This document shows, in pieces, positions 63,380 to 64,000 of a DNA stretch of 64,000 bases. The stretch comes from a virus. Below the pieces are notes generated by a model. The model saw nothing but the letters and a program-made list of their open reading frames with translations. It had not been told where the DNA came from and searched no databases. The stretch lies in IMG/VR virus record IMGVR_UViG_2710264501_000005, positions 5,929-69,928 of that record. One strand, 5' to 3'. The first letter of the stretch is position 1, and every line of letters starts with the position of its first letter. The translations under genes and the position numbers were made by a program.

Positions 63380-64000
63380 ATGCCACCGCAAAAGATCATA
63401 CTGAGCACAAAAGCCGTCAAGATCGTCAAGCGAAAGCTGGCAGAGAAAAGCCTTCATGAGTTCTGCAAACAGGCGTGGTCCGTAGTTGAGCCGGGCACGG
63501 AGTTCATTGACGGCAATCATATCAGGGTAATCTGTGAGCACCTAGAAGCCGTTACCAGAGGCGAGATTCTCAAGCTCATTATCGCCGTGCCCCCGCGTAC
63601 AATGAAGTCGCTTCTAACGTCCGTTTTCTGGTTTGCTTGGACGTGGATACATGACCCTGAAAGCCGTTGGCTCTACTCTAGCTTCGGCCAAAACCTTGCC
63701 CGCCGCGATAGCCGCAAGTGCCGAGAGGTAATCGAATCGGCTTGGTATCAAGAGAACTGGGGCGACAAGTTCAAACTCAAAGGGGACGCGAACACCGTAG
63801 ACAGATACGAGAACGACAAGCAAGGTTTTCGTATGGCTACCTCCGTAGGATCATCGGCTACTGGTGAAGGCGGCTCGCACATCATAGTCGACGATGCACA
63901 TAAGGCAGATGACCGATTTAGTCCCGTGGCATTGGAGGCGGCTTGTAACTGGTGGACAACCACAATGAGCACGCGGGGCAATACTCCGCAAGCAAGACGG
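63380..64000 (+). CDS. terL: terminase large subunit, 5' part (runs off the window)
   Basis: Translated by hand: HIRVICEHLEAV, LIIAVPPRTMKS (Walker A), ATSVGSSATGEGG, IIVDDAH (Walker B). Confidence 0.92.
   Translation, partial: MPPQKIILSTKAVKIVKRKLAEKSLHEFCKQAWSVVEPGTEFIDGNHIRVICEHLEAVTRGEILKLIIAVPPRTMKSLLTSVFWFAWTWIHDPESRWLYSSFGQNLARRDSRKCREVIESAWYQENWGDKFKLKGDANTVDRYENDKQGFRMATSVGSSATGEGGSHIIVDDAHKADDRFSPVALEAACNWWTTTMSTRGNTPQARR

Noticed and set aside
1-64000. Stop-codon reassignment suggested by the possible UCA anticodon
   Set aside because: Conserved genes are intact and end at TGA, TAG or TAA under code 11, often with ATGA coupling.

Overview
The window is about 64 kb of a tailed dsDNA phage or prophage genome (Caudoviricetes). 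It carries a terminase small subunit and the 5' part of the large subunit, Rad52/Mgm101-like and RecE-like recombination genes, SF2 helicases, DNA methyltransferases, an XRE repressor and over 100 short ORFs. No capsid, tail or integrase gene is recognisable inside the window. A Planctomycetota host is inferred, not shown, from the PDZ protein, CsrA, the DUF1257/DUF2997 cluster and a captured coxB fragment. Layout: glycan-modification cluster (1-4765, +); leftward accessory, recombination and replication block (4760-20341, -); rightward block with SNF2-MTase, exported proteins, an intein-split papain-like peptidase and a holin-like gene (20580-31726); an array-less type IV-B CRISPR-Cas-like operon (csf1, cas11, csf2, csf3) extended by a methyltransferase, a degenerate helicase, two PP-loop/PAPS-reductase-like proteins and two ParB/Srx proteins (31739-38835); a short leftward block (38832-42100); a repressor-controlled early region of small acidic ORFs separated by GC-rich hairpin spacers (42190-46000); then small ORFs leading to terS and terL. 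The leading candidate for an undescribed system is the extended type IV-B operon, possibly together with three tRNA-shaped non-coding RNAs. A 19-bp palindrome occurs at least five times. All family calls come from motif recognition by eye; no database search or folding program was run.
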